Shown one piece after another: positions 8,347 through 18,423 of a stretch of 44,146 bases of DNA. Position 1 is the first letter of the stretch. Each line of letters opens with the position of its first letter. The notes below the pieces were generated by a model, which saw only the letters and a list, made by a program, of their open reading frames with translations, was not told where the DNA came from and ran no database searches. Location of the stretch: positions 1 to 44,146 of the forward strand of contig CAWBMV010000004.1 in the NCBI GenBank assembly GCA_963789955.1, in the 5' to 3' direction. A program made the translations under genes and the position numbers. This stretch comes from an uncultured Candidatus Rokubacteria bacterium. Its GTDB lineage: Bacteria; Methylomirabilota; Methylomirabilia; Rokubacteriales; CSP1-6.

Positions 8347-9990
8347 TCAGTTGAGGTCGTTCAGCACAGCGGCGCCGCCATACTGGCGAGACCGCAGCAA
8401 CATTTTGTCGAATGGCGCTGGGAAACGCAGCCAGTCCGTCATGATGAGCGCGAGAGAGACCATCCCCATTGCCGCCGCCACCCAGTAGAGGAGCGACGGG
8501 AGGCTCCGTCCGAGCACATGGCCGGCCACGAGTGCGGCGCACACCGACAGAATCACGAGCAGGTGCGGAACAAGTAGGAGACGGGAGCGCGATTCGATCC
8601 TCACCTTCCGCGTCAAGGCGTACGGGATGTCGCGGTTCAGGGCGACATCCCAGAGCGCCAGGATGAACACCGGCCACTTTGCATATCGCAAGAGACTTGC
8701 CCGCCAGTGAATGCCCTGTTCGCTCTGTGGGTCGAGATAGAAGCGCTGGCGATAGAATTCGCAGAGCTGAAGCGTTGCGCAGACGAGCGCGAGCGAGGGC
8801 AGGCTGGCGTAGCTGACCACGCTGGGGACGTTCCCGCTCGTCACCATGTAGACCAACAGCACGAGGCTGACGAAGGCGGTGACGCTGTTCTGCAGGTAGA
8901 ACAAGGTGTGCAACACGCTGAGCCCCCGTGCCACCGGCGAGAGATCATGTCCGAGAAGATGTCGCCGTCGGTACGTGACGTCGGCGACCGAGCGGGCCCA
9001 CCTCAGTTGCTGGGTCAGGTAGGCGTTCCAGTCAACGGGGGCCAACCCCCGGGCGAGTATTCGCGGGACGTACACTCCCCGCCAGCCGTGCGCCTGGTAG
9101 CGTCGTCCGATCAGCAGATCGTCCGCGTCGTGCGCGGCGAAACCGCCGACCTCCTTGAGAGCTTCCACGCGATGAGTGTTGTGGCAGCCTACGACCGCCG
9201 GTTGACCGAGACCGTAGGCTGCCATCTGCGTACACGAGTAGTATTCGTACGTCTCCTCGGCGGCACCACGCGCGATGAAGCTCGCGGCCTGGTTGTAATA
9301 GGCCTGGGCGACCTGCACGTAGCCCACGCGCGAGTCCTCGAAATGGCCAAGGACCTGTGTGAGGAAGGACGGAACCGGGACATGGTCGGGGTCGAAGGCG
9401 GCGACGATCGCGTAGCGTTCGAAGCCGACGGCATGCAGCCAGGCGTTGTAGTTGCCGTGCTTGGAGCGAACCTTGTACGTGCCGCTGGCCGCCTGATAGT
9501 GGGGTAGGTGGCGACGACTGAAGTGCTGTGCGCCGGTTCTTTGACACAGCGCCTGAACATCCGGATCATCGCCCTCATCGAGCACCCAGGTGTCGTGCGG
9601 GTAGTCAAGAGCCGCGAGCGCTTGCACCGTCTCTTCGAGCATCTCGAGCGACTCCGTCCCGGGCACGATCGTCGTGACGACGGCGACCTTCAAGCCGGCT
9701 CTGAGTGTCAACGGCGTGGGTACGCTCATAAACGGGAGGGCGACCCACTTCGCCTGGCTGTTCGCGATCTTGAAGAAGACGATGAACGACAGGACGAGGA
9801 GAGTCCCTGGATGGCCGAACCAGTCTCCATTTCGGACCCAGGCCCAGGTGAAAGCGGTGAAGGCCGTGACGCTGAGACAAGTCAACAGGCCGAACGCGAA
9901 CGCGTCGGCGCGACTGAAGCGCCTCTGGTTTGCGACCCGGATTCCCGCGATTAGAGATGGAGCTTTCGGCACAGGGGGGCGAGAGCTCAT
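8347..9990 (-). CDS. Processive GT2 glycosyltransferase, cellulose-synthase-like
   Basis: VLDE, KHGNYN, FDPDH, DADD, QQLRWA (D,D,D,QxxRW) plus N- and C-terminal TM segments; start uncertain (MSSRP at 9990). Confidence 0.85.
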   Translation of the reverse strand: MSSRPPVPKAPSLIAGIRVANQRRFSRADAFAFGLLTCLSVTAFTAFTWAWVRNGDWFGHPGTLLVLSFIVFFKIANSQAKWVALPFMSVPTPLTLRAGLKVAVVTTIVPGTESLEMLEETVQALAALDYPHDTWVLDEGDDPDVQALCQRTGAQHFSRRHLPHYQAASGTYKVRSKHGNYNAWLHAVGFERYAIVAAFDPDHVPVPSFLTQVLGHFEDSRVGYVQVAQAYYNQAASFIARGAAEETYEYYSCTQMAAYGLGQPAVVGCHNTHRVEALKEVGGFAAHDADDLLIGRRYQAHGWRGVYVPRILARGLAPVDWNAYLTQQLRWARSVADVTYRRRHLLGHDLSPVARGLSVLHTLFYLQNSVTAFVSLVLLVYMVTSGNVPSVVSYASLPSLALVCATLQLCEFYRQRFYLDPQSEQGIHWRASLLRYAKWPVFILALWDVALNRDIPYALTRKVRIESRSRLLLVPHLLVILSVCAALVAGHVLGRSLPSLLYWVAAAMGMVSLALIMTDWLRFPAPFDKMLLRSRQYGGAAVLNDLN

Positions 9991-10060
9991 GTCGGCACCG
10001 CGTCGGCCATCCGGTGTTTCATGAGGCCAGCGTTCGTCGAGAGCGGTGGTGGCCCGGCCG

Positions 10061-11050
10061 TCACACCGGGCCGTTCGGCGCCACCAGGATCTTGCCGCTG
10101 CGCTCGCCGCGCTGAGCGTGGGCCACTGCCTCCTTGATGTCCTCGATGGGATAGACCATCTCGACCGGCGCCGACAGGTTGCCCTTCGCGACCTGCTGGC
10201 CGAGATCGGCATAGATCGCGCGGATCTGCTCGAGCGAGCGCGTGCTGAGGCCGCGGCCCAGAATGAAGCCCACCAGCGACTGGCCGCCCGAGACCAAGGT
10301 GCTGCGGGACATCACCGGATCCTCGCCCGTCATCGATCCATAGTTGCAGACGACCCCGCCGTCGGCGAGACACACGGACAGCCGCGCCGTGGCCCGGCCA
10401 GACACGGCGTCGAGGCCGAGACGGATGGCAGCGCCGTGTGTCTGCGCCTGGACCGCCGCCGGCAGGTCAAGGCCGTCGACCACGCACACGTCGGCGCCGA
10501 GCGCCTTCAGCTCGCCGAACAGCGACTCGCGCCGCACCACGTTCACGGTTTTCACACCTCGCGGGCGCGCCAGGCGAATCACGAGACGCCCTACCGCGGA
10601 GTTGGCGACATTCTGGATGATCCAGTCGCCCGGCTTCAGGGCCACGATGTCGGTGAGGAGCAGCAGCGCCGTGGCGGGATTGATACGCAGCATCGCTGCC
10701 TGCTGGATGTCGATACCGTCCGAGATGGCGATGACGTCATCGCCCTTGACGCGACGCCGCTGGGTCCAGTTCTCCCGCTGCAGGTTGATCACGAGATCAC
10801 CCGGCTTCACGTGCGTCACGCCGGCGCCGACCGCGACGACGCGGCCGACGCATTCGGCTCCGGGTGTCGCGGGCAGCTCGGGCTTCAGCCGGTACGTGCC
10901 GCGACAGAACGAGATGTCGGCGGGATTGATCGGAAACGCGAGGACCTCGAAGACCACCTCGCCGGCGCCCGGCGCGCCGACGTCCGGTACGTCGGCGCAG
11001 CGCAGACCCTCTTCGGGCTGGCCGTAGCGATCGAGCAGGATCTGTTTCAT
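10061..11050 (-). CDS. MDR-family NADPH-dependent reductase (trans-2-enoyl-CoA reductase-like)
   Basis: PINPAD, LPATPGAECVG, INPATA, QNVANSAVG. Confidence 0.88.
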   Translation of the reverse strand: MKQILLDRYGQPEEGLRCADVPDVGAPGAGEVVFEVLAFPINPADISFCRGTYRLKPELPATPGAECVGRVVAVGAGVTHVKPGDLVINLQRENWTQRRRVKGDDVIAISDGIDIQQAAMLRINPATALLLLTDIVALKPGDWIIQNVANSAVGRLVIRLARPRGVKTVNVVRRESLFGELKALGADVCVVDGLDLPAAVQAQTHGAAIRLGLDAVSGRATARLSVCLADGGVVCNYGSMTGEDPVMSRSTLVSGGQSLVGFILGRGLSTRSLEQIRAIYADLGQQVAKGNLSAPVEMVYPIEDIKEAVAHAQRGERSGKILVAPNGPV

Positions 11051-11062
11051 GCTTGGACTCCG

Positions 11063-11866
11063 TCAGGCCGATAGCTTCCAGCCGAGCCAGTTGCAGAGCG
11101 CCCGCCCCATGATCAGCTCCTTGTCCTTCGCCGTCAGCCACGGCAGCTCTTCGGTGAACATGGTGACGCACTGTTTCCACGGGCACGGCATCCGCGTGAT
11201 GTCCGTCCCCCAGAACATGCGGTCGGGACCGAACGCGTCGTAGAGCTTCCGGATGTGTCCGTGGATGTCGCGATACGGATACTGCTCGGCCGAGTAGCTC
11301 GGCGCGCCGGTCGCCTTGAGCGCCACGTTGCGGTGCTTCGCGGCGTTGACGAGATCGGGCAGGTTCGACCAGGCCGCGTCCGGCCGCCCGAAGTGATCGA
11401 TGATCAGCTTGAGGCCGGGATGGCGCTCGGCGATAGGGCCGATCACCTGCATGAGACCGGGACCGAGCAGCGCGATCGGCATGTTCGCCCGCTCGGCGGC
11501 GGCCCACAGCCAGTCGAGGCTTCCGTCGGTGAGCCATGTCTGCTGATGGGCCTGCAGAAGCGCGAAGCGAAGCCCGAGCAGCCCGGGACGGTTCTTCAGG
11601 CCGTCGATCGCCGAGCGGCTCTCCGGCTTGTCGAGCGGGAAGTTGGCGAGGATCGAGAGCCGATTCGGGTGCTGGCGCGCGGCCTCGACCGCTAGCGCGT
11701 TGGAGTTCGGATCCCACCCGGGCGGATGGATGACCGCCGCGGTGACGCCGCCTCCGTCCATCTCCTTCAGCACGTCGTCCGCCGTGTAGTCCAGGATCTG
11801 GCGGTGGTTCGCGTTCGTCGGCTTGTGGCCCTTCCAGATGTGAATCTGCGCGTCGACGATCAGCAT
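11063..11866 (-). CDS. Amidohydrolase family 2 protein
   Basis: IVDAQIHIW, LIIDHFG, FGPDRMFWGTD. Confidence 0.88.
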   Translation of the reverse strand: MLIVDAQIHIWKGHKPTNANHRQILDYTADDVLKEMDGGGVTAAVIHPPGWDPNSNALAVEAARQHPNRLSILANFPLDKPESRSAIDGLKNRPGLLGLRFALLQAHQQTWLTDGSLDWLWAAAERANMPIALLGPGLMQVIGPIAERHPGLKLIIDHFGRPDAAWSNLPDLVNAAKHRNVALKATGAPSYSAEQYPYRDIHGHIRKLYDAFGPDRMFWGTDITRMPCPWKQCVTMFTEELPWLTAKDKELIMGRALCNWLGWKLSA

Positions 11867-11891
11867 GTCGCGGTCTCCTTGGTGCGGCTCC

Positions 11892-13166
11892 TCACGTCTT
11901 CTCGAAATCGATGCGCTCGGCGACCGGCAGCCCCTGGAGATAGCGGCGCAGGCAGTCGAGCCCCATCTCGACGGCGCCGAGGCGCACCCACTCGCGTCCG
12001 CCGAGGATCGCGACTGCGCCGGGATTCGACGCCGTCAGCGGTCGCGATCGCCAGACAGATGGTACCGCCGAAGTCGATCCGGTCCGGCCCGTCGTCGAGA
12101 TCGATCAGCACCGCCAGCGCGTGGCTCGCGCCGGTCTGCCGTCGCGCGGCGTGCGCGACCGCCTCGGCCGTTTCGCGCGAGATCTCGCCCGCCGGCGGAT
12201 CGCCGTCGAGACCGACGCCGGCGCAGATCTCGGCGAGCTCGCGCGCCACGATGCCGCGGCGGAAGACCTTCTCCGCGCCCGGCAGGTGGCCGATGCGCGC
12301 GGCGATCTGTCCGCTCGTGAAGGTCTCGACGACCGTGAGCGAGCCCTGCCGCGCCGTCAGCGCCGACAGGACGACGCCTTCGAGCGTCTGCTCGTCCTCG
12401 GCCAGGATGAAGTTGCCGAGGCGCTTGCGCACTTCGTCCTCGACCGGCGCGAGCTTGGCGCGGATGTCGTCCATGTCGCGGCCGCGCACGGTCAGCTTGG
12501 TCTCGAGCTGCGGGTAGTGCGCGCGGAAGCCGAGCTTCACGCTGCCGTCGGGGACGAGCTGCTCCACGCCGGTGAGCAGCGCGTCCACGTGCGATTCGCC
12601 GAGCCCGTAGGAATGGAAGCGCTTGAGATGGATCGTCGTCTGCAGGCCGCTCTTCGCCAGGAGCCGCGGGATGATCTGCTCCTCGAGCATGCGGCGCAGC
12701 TCGCGCGGCACGCCCGGGGTGAAGAAGAAGCGCGCGTTGCCGATGTCGAGCGCGAAGCCGCAGGCCGTGCCGATCGGATTGTCGATCACCTCGGCGGTCG
12801 ACGGCAGCATCGCCTGCTTCGTGTTGTTCGGCGGCATGACGCGGCTGCGGCGCTTGAAGAACTCTTCCATGCGTCTTGAGCCAGTCTTCGTTGAGCACCA
12901 GCTCGACCCCGGCGGCCTGCGCGGCGATCTCCTGCGACAGATCGTCGACCGTGGGGCCGAGGCCGCCGTTGACGATGACCGCGTCGGCGCGCTGCCCGGC
13001 CAGCTGGAACGCGAGCAGGAGGTTCTCGCGATCGTCGCCGACCGTCGTCTCCCACTGGACCGAGAGCCCGACATCCTCGAGCTTCTGGCGTCATGTAGCT
13101 GAAGTTGGTGTTGACGATCTTGCCGGTGAGGACCTCGTCGCCGGTGCAGATGATCTCGATGCGCAT
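11892..13166 (-). CDS. cinA: CinA-family protein (MocF/COG1058 + PncC-like domain), frameshifted
   Basis: MRIEIICTGDEVLTGKIVNTN, NGGLGPTVDDLS, FTPGVPREL, GLGESHVD spread over several frames (indels near 13090, 12870, 12010); stop at 11892. Confidence 0.82.
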
Positions 13167-13178
13167 GTGGGATTCGTC

Positions 13179-14069
13179 CTAGTGGAGGAGCTTCAGGAGG
13201 GCGTCGACGACCGCCTTCGGCTCCTCGCGCGGCATGAAATGACCGACGCCCGGTACGACGCGCCGCTCGGTTCCCGCCGGAAACTGTGAAAGCTCGGCCT
13301 CGGCGCGCTTGGCCGGGCCGACCGTGTCGTCCGCGCCGTGGAGGATCACGGTGGGCACGGTGATCGCCGGCCGCTCGGCGAGGCGCCGCTCGATGGCATC
13401 CAGGCGCCCATCGCCCGGAGCGTTGCCGTGACGGTGGCGGTACGAGTGGATCACCACCGCGACGAAGTCGGGATTGTCGAATGACGCGGCGGTACGCTCG
13501 AAGGCCGCCGGCTCGAATCGCCAGGTCGGCGACCATTCCTGCCACAGGAGCCGGCAGATGTCGCGCCGGTTCTGCTCGAGCCCCTGACGCCCGCGCTCGG
13601 TGTTGAAGTACCACTGATACCAGTACGAGCGCTCGGCCTTCGCCGAGGCCGGCGGCGCCGGCGTCACCGTGTTCTGGACGTTGTAGCCGCCGATCGTGAC
13701 CAGCGCGCGGACCCGTTCGGGCGCGAGGATCGCCGAGATGCACGCGGCGCGCCCGCCCCAGTCGTAGCCGGCGAGCGCGGCCGGGGCCAGGCGGAGCGCG
13801 GCCATGAACTCGAGCAGGTCCTGGCCGATCGCGGCCTGCTGCGCCATCCGCGGTTCGTTCGGATCGAGAAAGCGCGTCGGCCCGTAGCCGCGCAGGTAGG
13901 GGACGAGCACGCGGCGGCCCGCGGCGGCGAGGGCCGGCGCGACGTCGTCGAACGCGCGCGCGTCGTCGGGAAAGCCGTGGAGCAGGACGACGGGCGTACC
14001 GCCGGGATTGCCGTGAGCCTCGTACCCGATCTCGAGCGTCCGCGTGCGCACCGTGAGGATGTCGGGCAT
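13179..14069 (-). CDS. Alpha/beta hydrolase (epoxide hydrolase-like)
   Basis: LLHGFPD, GYDWGG nucleophile motif, HGADD, GHFMPRE. Confidence 0.9.
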   Translation of the reverse strand: MPDILTVRTRTLEIGYEAHGNPGGTPVVLLHGFPDDARAFDDVAPALAAAGRRVLVPYLRGYGPTRFLDPNEPRMAQQAAIGQDLLEFMAALRLAPAALAGYDWGGRAACISAILAPERVRALVTIGGYNVQNTVTPAPPASAKAERSYWYQWYFNTERGRQGLEQNRRDICRLLWQEWSPTWRFEPAAFERTAASFDNPDFVAVVIHSYRHRHGNAPGDGRLDAIERRLAERPAITVPTVILHGADDTVGPAKRAEAELSQFPAGTERRVVPGVGHFMPREEPKAVVDALLKLLH

Positions 14070-14112
14070 CGGGCCAGATCATACGTCAAACCCTGCGTCA
14101 GCGGGCCGCGGC

Positions 14113-14232
14113 TCACCACATCACGACACCCCGCGAGCAGAGAAACCCGATGAGTCCGGCGACTTCCTCGTCGCTGGCCGCGCGTCCCAGGCAGACCGCA
14201 TTGACCGTGATGCCGTGACGCGCGAGCTCCAT
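14113..14232 (-). pseudogene. Remnant of an SDR C-terminus
   Basis: ELARHGITVNAVCLG..DEEVAGLIGFLCS matches SDR C-terminal motifs, but no Rossmann fold or catalytic YxxxK is present. Confidence 0.55.
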
Positions 14233-14389
14233 GGCAGGCCGCGGTGTTCGGGCTGCCGCGCGTCCGGCGCGGATGCTCGCGAGCGCGATCGCCGTCGGCC
14301 GGCCGGCGGGTGTAACGCGCGTTGGGTGCCTGGGCTTGACGACGGGCGGCTCAGGTCGCAGGCTCTGGCGATCGGGGAGGGACTGGACC

Positions 14390-15175
14390 ATGGCGGGACG
14401 GGTTGAGGGGAAGGTCGCGTTGGTGACGGGGGGTGGGAGCGGGATCGGTCGGGCTTGCGCCGTGAGGTTCGCGAAGGAGGGAGCGAACGTGTGCGTGGCG
14501 GATCTGGATTTGAAGGCCGCGACCGAGACGGCGCAGATGATAGAGGGAGCGGGGCGCAAGGCGGTGGCCGTTCAGGTCGACACGACGGACGAGGCCGCGA
14601 ACGACGCGATGGTCAAGCGGTGCGTCGATGCGCTCGGCGCGGTGGACATCCTCGTGGCGGCGGCAGGCATCGGCGCCGTGCGCGTGCCGGGGGCGACGTC
14701 GTATCAGCCCCACACGGTGCTGAGCATTCCGATGGAGCAGTTCCGGCGGGTCATCGACGTCAACCTCTACGGGGTCCTGTTCTCGAACCGCGCCGTGGCG
14801 CGCTGGATGACGGAGCACAAGCGCGGCGGCAGCATCATCAATCTCGCGTCGATCATGTCGAAGATGCCGTCGACGAGCGCCCCGTACAGCGTGAGCAAGG
14901 CCGGGGTCTGGATGCTGACCAAGTGCCTGGCGCAGGAGCTGGCCACGCAGGGCATCCGCGTGAACGCGATCGGCCCCGGCTTCATCGAGACGCCGATGAC
15001 CGCGGCGATTCGCGCGGACACGGCGCGCTCGAGCTGGGCGATGGGCGTGACGCCGATGGGACGCTACGGCAAGCCGGAGGAGATCGCCTCGACGGCGCTG
15101 TTCCTGGCCTCCGACGACGCGTCCTATTTCACGGGCGAGCTGCTGCACCCGTCGGGCGGCGTCTTCGTCGGCTGA
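14390..15175 (+). CDS. Short-chain dehydrogenase/reductase
   Basis: TGGGSGIG, YSVSK, RVNAIGPG; start MAGRV with GGGGAGG upstream. Confidence 0.92.
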   Translation: MAGRVEGKVALVTGGGSGIGRACAVRFAKEGANVCVADLDLKAATETAQMIEGAGRKAVAVQVDTTDEAANDAMVKRCVDALGAVDILVAAAGIGAVRVPGATSYQPHTVLSIPMEQFRRVIDVNLYGVLFSNRAVARWMTEHKRGGSIINLASIMSKMPSTSAPYSVSKAGVWMLTKCLAQELATQGIRVNAIGPGFIETPMTAAIRADTARSSWAMGVTPMGRYGKPEEIASTALFLASDDASYFTGELLHPSGGVFVG

Positions 15176-15181
15176 GCGCGT

Positions 15182-15952
15182 TCAGCTCGTGGCGGCGAGC
15201 GCCCCGCCGTCGACCACGATCTCGGTGCCGCTGATCCACGCCGAGTCGTCGGAGGCCAGGAAGAGGGCACAGCACGCGATGTCCTCGGGCTCGCCGACGC
15301 GCCCGAGCGGAATCTGACGGCCTTCCGCGGCTTCGCGCTCGGCACGCTCGATGATGTCGGCGGTCAGCCGCGTCCGGATCGTGCCGGGACAGATCGCGTT
15401 CACGCGAACGCGGTCGCGCCCGTACGACGCGGCCATCGCGCGCGTCAGCGCGAGCACCGCGCCCTTCGACGCGGCATAGGCGTGGCTCGGGCGCCCCGCC
15501 GAGCCGCGAAACGCGCTCACCGACGAGGTGTTGATGATCGAGCCGCCGCCCGCCCGCCGCAGGGCGGGAAGCGCGGCGCGGCTCACGAGGTACATCGCGC
15601 GCACGTTCACGTCGAGCGCCAGATCCCACTTGTCGAGCTCGATCGTCTCGACGGTCCCGCCGACGACCATCGTCCCGACGCCGGCATTGTTGAACACCAC
15701 ATCGACCCGCCCGCCGGCGCCGGCCGTCGCCACCACCGCCGCACAATCCTCGGGCCGCGCCAGATCCGCAATCACCGGCTCCGCCTGACCACCGGCGCTC
15801 CGTACCTCCGCGACAGTTCGCGCGAGCTCTTCACCCCGCGAGTCGGCCAACGTGAGCCGCGCCCCAGCCCGAGCAAACAACAGCGCGGTCGCCCGCCCAA
15901 TCCCGGTCGCCGCCCCAGTGATGATCGCGCTCTTACCCTCCAACACCCCCAT
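15182..15952 (-). CDS. Short-chain dehydrogenase/reductase
   Basis: TGAATGIG, NNAG, YAASK, RVNAICPG; AGGAGG RBS. Confidence 0.92.
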   Translation of the reverse strand: MGVLEGKSAIITGAATGIGRATALLFARAGARLTLADSRGEELARTVAEVRSAGGQAEPVIADLARPEDCAAVVATAGAGGRVDVVFNNAGVGTMVVGGTVETIELDKWDLALDVNVRAMYLVSRAALPALRRAGGGSIINTSSVSAFRGSAGRPSHAYAASKGAVLALTRAMAASYGRDRVRVNAICPGTIRTRLTADIIERAEREAAEGRQIPLGRVGEPEDIACCALFLASDDSAWISGTEIVVDGGALAATS

Positions 15953-16020
15953 GCCAACGTCCTCCTGACTAAGCCCCTAACTCTGGCGAGGCTCGCGGTG
16001 ATCCAGCCCCGAATCGCCGC

Positions 16021-17184
16021 TCAGCCCCAGAGCCGCTTCGACGCCAGATCCGCCCCTTCTCGTAGAGTTCGGAGCTTCGTCCAGACGACGCTTTCTTCGA
16101 CGAGCATCGAGCCGGCGAACGTCCCGAAGCCGCAATCGACGCTGGCCAGGACGCGGGTCCGATCACCCACCGCGGCGACCGCCGCGGTGATCCGGTCGGC
16201 AACGACTTCGGGGTGCTCGACGACGTTGGTCGTGGAGTCGATGACACCGGGAAGGAACAGCATGTCGTCTGGGCAGAGGATGCTGGCGGAACGCCTTCAG
16301 CTCGTGCTGGTGGCGCGGGCTGGCGAGCGGCAGGGACAGTGCGCCGACCTTCGCCCGGTAGAGGATCGGCAGGAGCGGCTCGAGCGGCACGTCGTGCGTG
16401 TGAGGCCCGTCATAGTTGCCCCAGCAGAGATGCAGCCGGACCCGGTCGCGGGGAATCGTCGCGATCGCCTCGTTGATCGCGTCGATGTGCAGGGCGACGG
16501 CGGCGAGAAAGCCGTCGAGCGACTCGTCCTGGAAGAAGCGCGTGCGCTCCATCGCGAGGTCGGGGCAGTCGAGCTGCAGCACGAAGCCGCGCGCGACGAT
16601 CAGCTCGTACTCCTTGCGCATCTCGCGGGCGAGTGCGCGGATGTAGCGCTCGTGAGAGCCGTAGAACGCGTCGAGCATGATGGTCGCGATGACGCCGGGC
16701 GAGGCCGCTGTCATGAACGGCTCGGCGAACCCGGTCGCTTGGTGCCGGTGACGCTGCGCTGGAACAGCTCGCACTCGGCGGTGGCCTCACCGAGGTCGGT
16801 GTACGCGACCTCGGCCACGGCCTGCGGCGCGTCGTTGATCCGCGCCGCGCCCGTGCGCATGCGGGACAGCCGCGCCATGTAGTCCGGGTGCTCGGCGATG
16901 TCGCGCGACATGCGCCGTTTGCTCTCGCCCCCGAAGCCGCGCATCCGCTTGGCCGGATACGTCGAGAAGCCGACGCGCGGCTGCTCGCCGTCGTTGCCGA
17001 CGTCGACGCCGGCCTCGAGCTGCTTGGCCACGACGTGGCGTACGGCCGCCTCGGACTCGCGAGCGAGGGTTGCGGCGTCGATCTTCTCGCCCCGGTCCTG
17101 CCGCACGAGCAGATCGCGGAGCGCCGTGGTGCGGGGCAGGCTGCCGACGTGGGTCGTGAGGATGCGCTGGTCGCTGCGTTTCAT
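16021..17184 (-). CDS. Cobalamin-independent methionine synthase II-family (MetE C-domain/EaCoMT-like) protein, frameshifted
   Basis: ILTTHVGSLPR, NDGEQ, LQLDCPDL, HLCWGNY, PGVIDSTTN, DCGF across three frames (indels near 16750 and 16265). Confidence 0.85.
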
Positions 17185-17196
17185 CGTGCCTCCTGA

Positions 17197-18021
17197 TCAG
17201 TGCTTGCCGCGGTAGTACTCCTCCAGGAATCGGCGCGTGCTCTCGGCCGTCGCGCGGGCCCATTCGCGCGCCGGCAGCTTGACCGACTTCGGCATCGGGA
17301 TCTCCACGCTCAGCGGCAGCCCGGGCGGAAGCGCGTCCAGGATCTGGCGGAGCGGGACGATGCCGTCACCCGGCATGCGGCGCTCGTTGGGGCTCATCCG
17401 GCCGAGCTTCGAGAGATCGGGCTCGCCGGGCGCGAGGACGCCGTCGGAAAGCTGCGCGTAGGGAAACAGCCGGGGCTCGAGCCCGCGCAAGAAGGCCGCG
17501 CTCCCGCCGCCGCGGATAAAATTAAGGGGGTCGAGGCAGATCACGCCGTTCTTGCGGCCGAGCTCGGAGAGAAGGCGCAGCGCCTGCGACAGGGTCGCGA
17601 GCGGCCGGATGACCGAGAACTCGAGGGCGGCGGAGATTCCGAATTGCGCCGCCATGTCGCAGAAGCGCCCCATGCTGTTGCGAAGGCGCGCCCACTCCGC
17701 ATCGTCGCCCGCCACGAGCGCGTACCGCGCGCCGAGCTCCGCGCCGAGCTCCAGCGCCGGCTCGAACGCGTCGAAGTCGGTCGTGGGCTGTAGATAGAAG
17801 GTCAGGATGTCGAGCACGCGCAGACCTGAGCTCGCGAGGATCAGCTTGAGCTCGCGGATCAGCGGCGCGTTGCCGACGACCGGATAGAACGGAAACAGCG
17901 GCGATCTCGCCAGGCGCAGCCCGACGGCGTCGTAGCCTGCCGCGGCGGCGGCCTCCACATATTCGAGAGGTGGCGTGTCGGGCAAGGTCGGTGGCGAGAT
18001 CGCGACCAGGTGGCGGATCAC
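17197..18021 (-). CDS. Sugar-phosphate isomerase/epimerase TIM-barrel protein
   Basis: AAAAGYDAVGLRL, ALEF, LDPLN, AQLSD, RRMPGDG, SVEIP; start probably GTG 18021 (ORF extends to 18039). Confidence 0.8.
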   Translation of the reverse strand: MIRHLVAISPPTLPDTPPLEYVEAAAAAGYDAVGLRLARSPLFPFYPVVGNAPLIRELKLILASSGLRVLDILTFYLQPTTDFDAFEPALELGAELGARYALVAGDDAEWARLRNSMGRFCDMAAQFGISAALEFSVIRPLATLSQALRLLSELGRKNGVICLDPLNFIRGGGSAAFLRGLEPRLFPYAQLSDGVLAPGEPDLSKLGRMSPNERRMPGDGIVPLRQILDALPPGLPLSVEIPMPKSVKLPAREWARATAESTRRFLEEYYRGKH

Positions 18022-18101
18022 AGCGACATGATCATACACGGTCTCGACGATCCGGCCCTGGTGTACTCTCTTCGGCGAACTTCTACTCCCAGGAGGCCCG
18101 A

Positions 18102-18422
18102 ATGATCTTCGAGCTGCGGCAATACCACATCCGTCCCGGACAGCGCGAGAAGTGGGTCAAGTGCATGGAAGAGGAGATCATCCCGTTCCAGGTCAAGATG
18201 GGCATGGTCATCCTCGGCAGCTTCACCGGCGAGGAGGACGAGAGCGTGTACGTGTGGCTCCGCCGGTTCGAGAGCGAAGCCGAGCGCAAGCGGCTCTACG
18301 ATCTGGTCTACCAGAGCGACTACTGGAAGACCGAGATCGCGCCCAAGGTTCCCGGCCTGATCGACCGCGAGCAGATCAAGGTCACGCGGCTGGTCGCGAC
18401 GCCGCATTCGGTCATCCAGTAA
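18102..18422 (+). CDS. NIPSNAP family protein
   Basis: MIFELRQYHIRPG, YVWLRRFESEAER; AGGAGG RBS. Confidence 0.88.
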   Translation: MIFELRQYHIRPGQREKWVKCMEEEIIPFQVKMGMVILGSFTGEEDESVYVWLRRFESEAERKRLYDLVYQSDYWKTEIAPKVPGLIDREQIKVTRLVATPHSVIQ

Positions 18423-18423
18423 G

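Noticed and set aside
11860..14082. 740-aa ORF containing CinA sequence
   Set aside because: The N-terminal half is an off-frame reading of the hydrolase gene; only the middle part is real CinA
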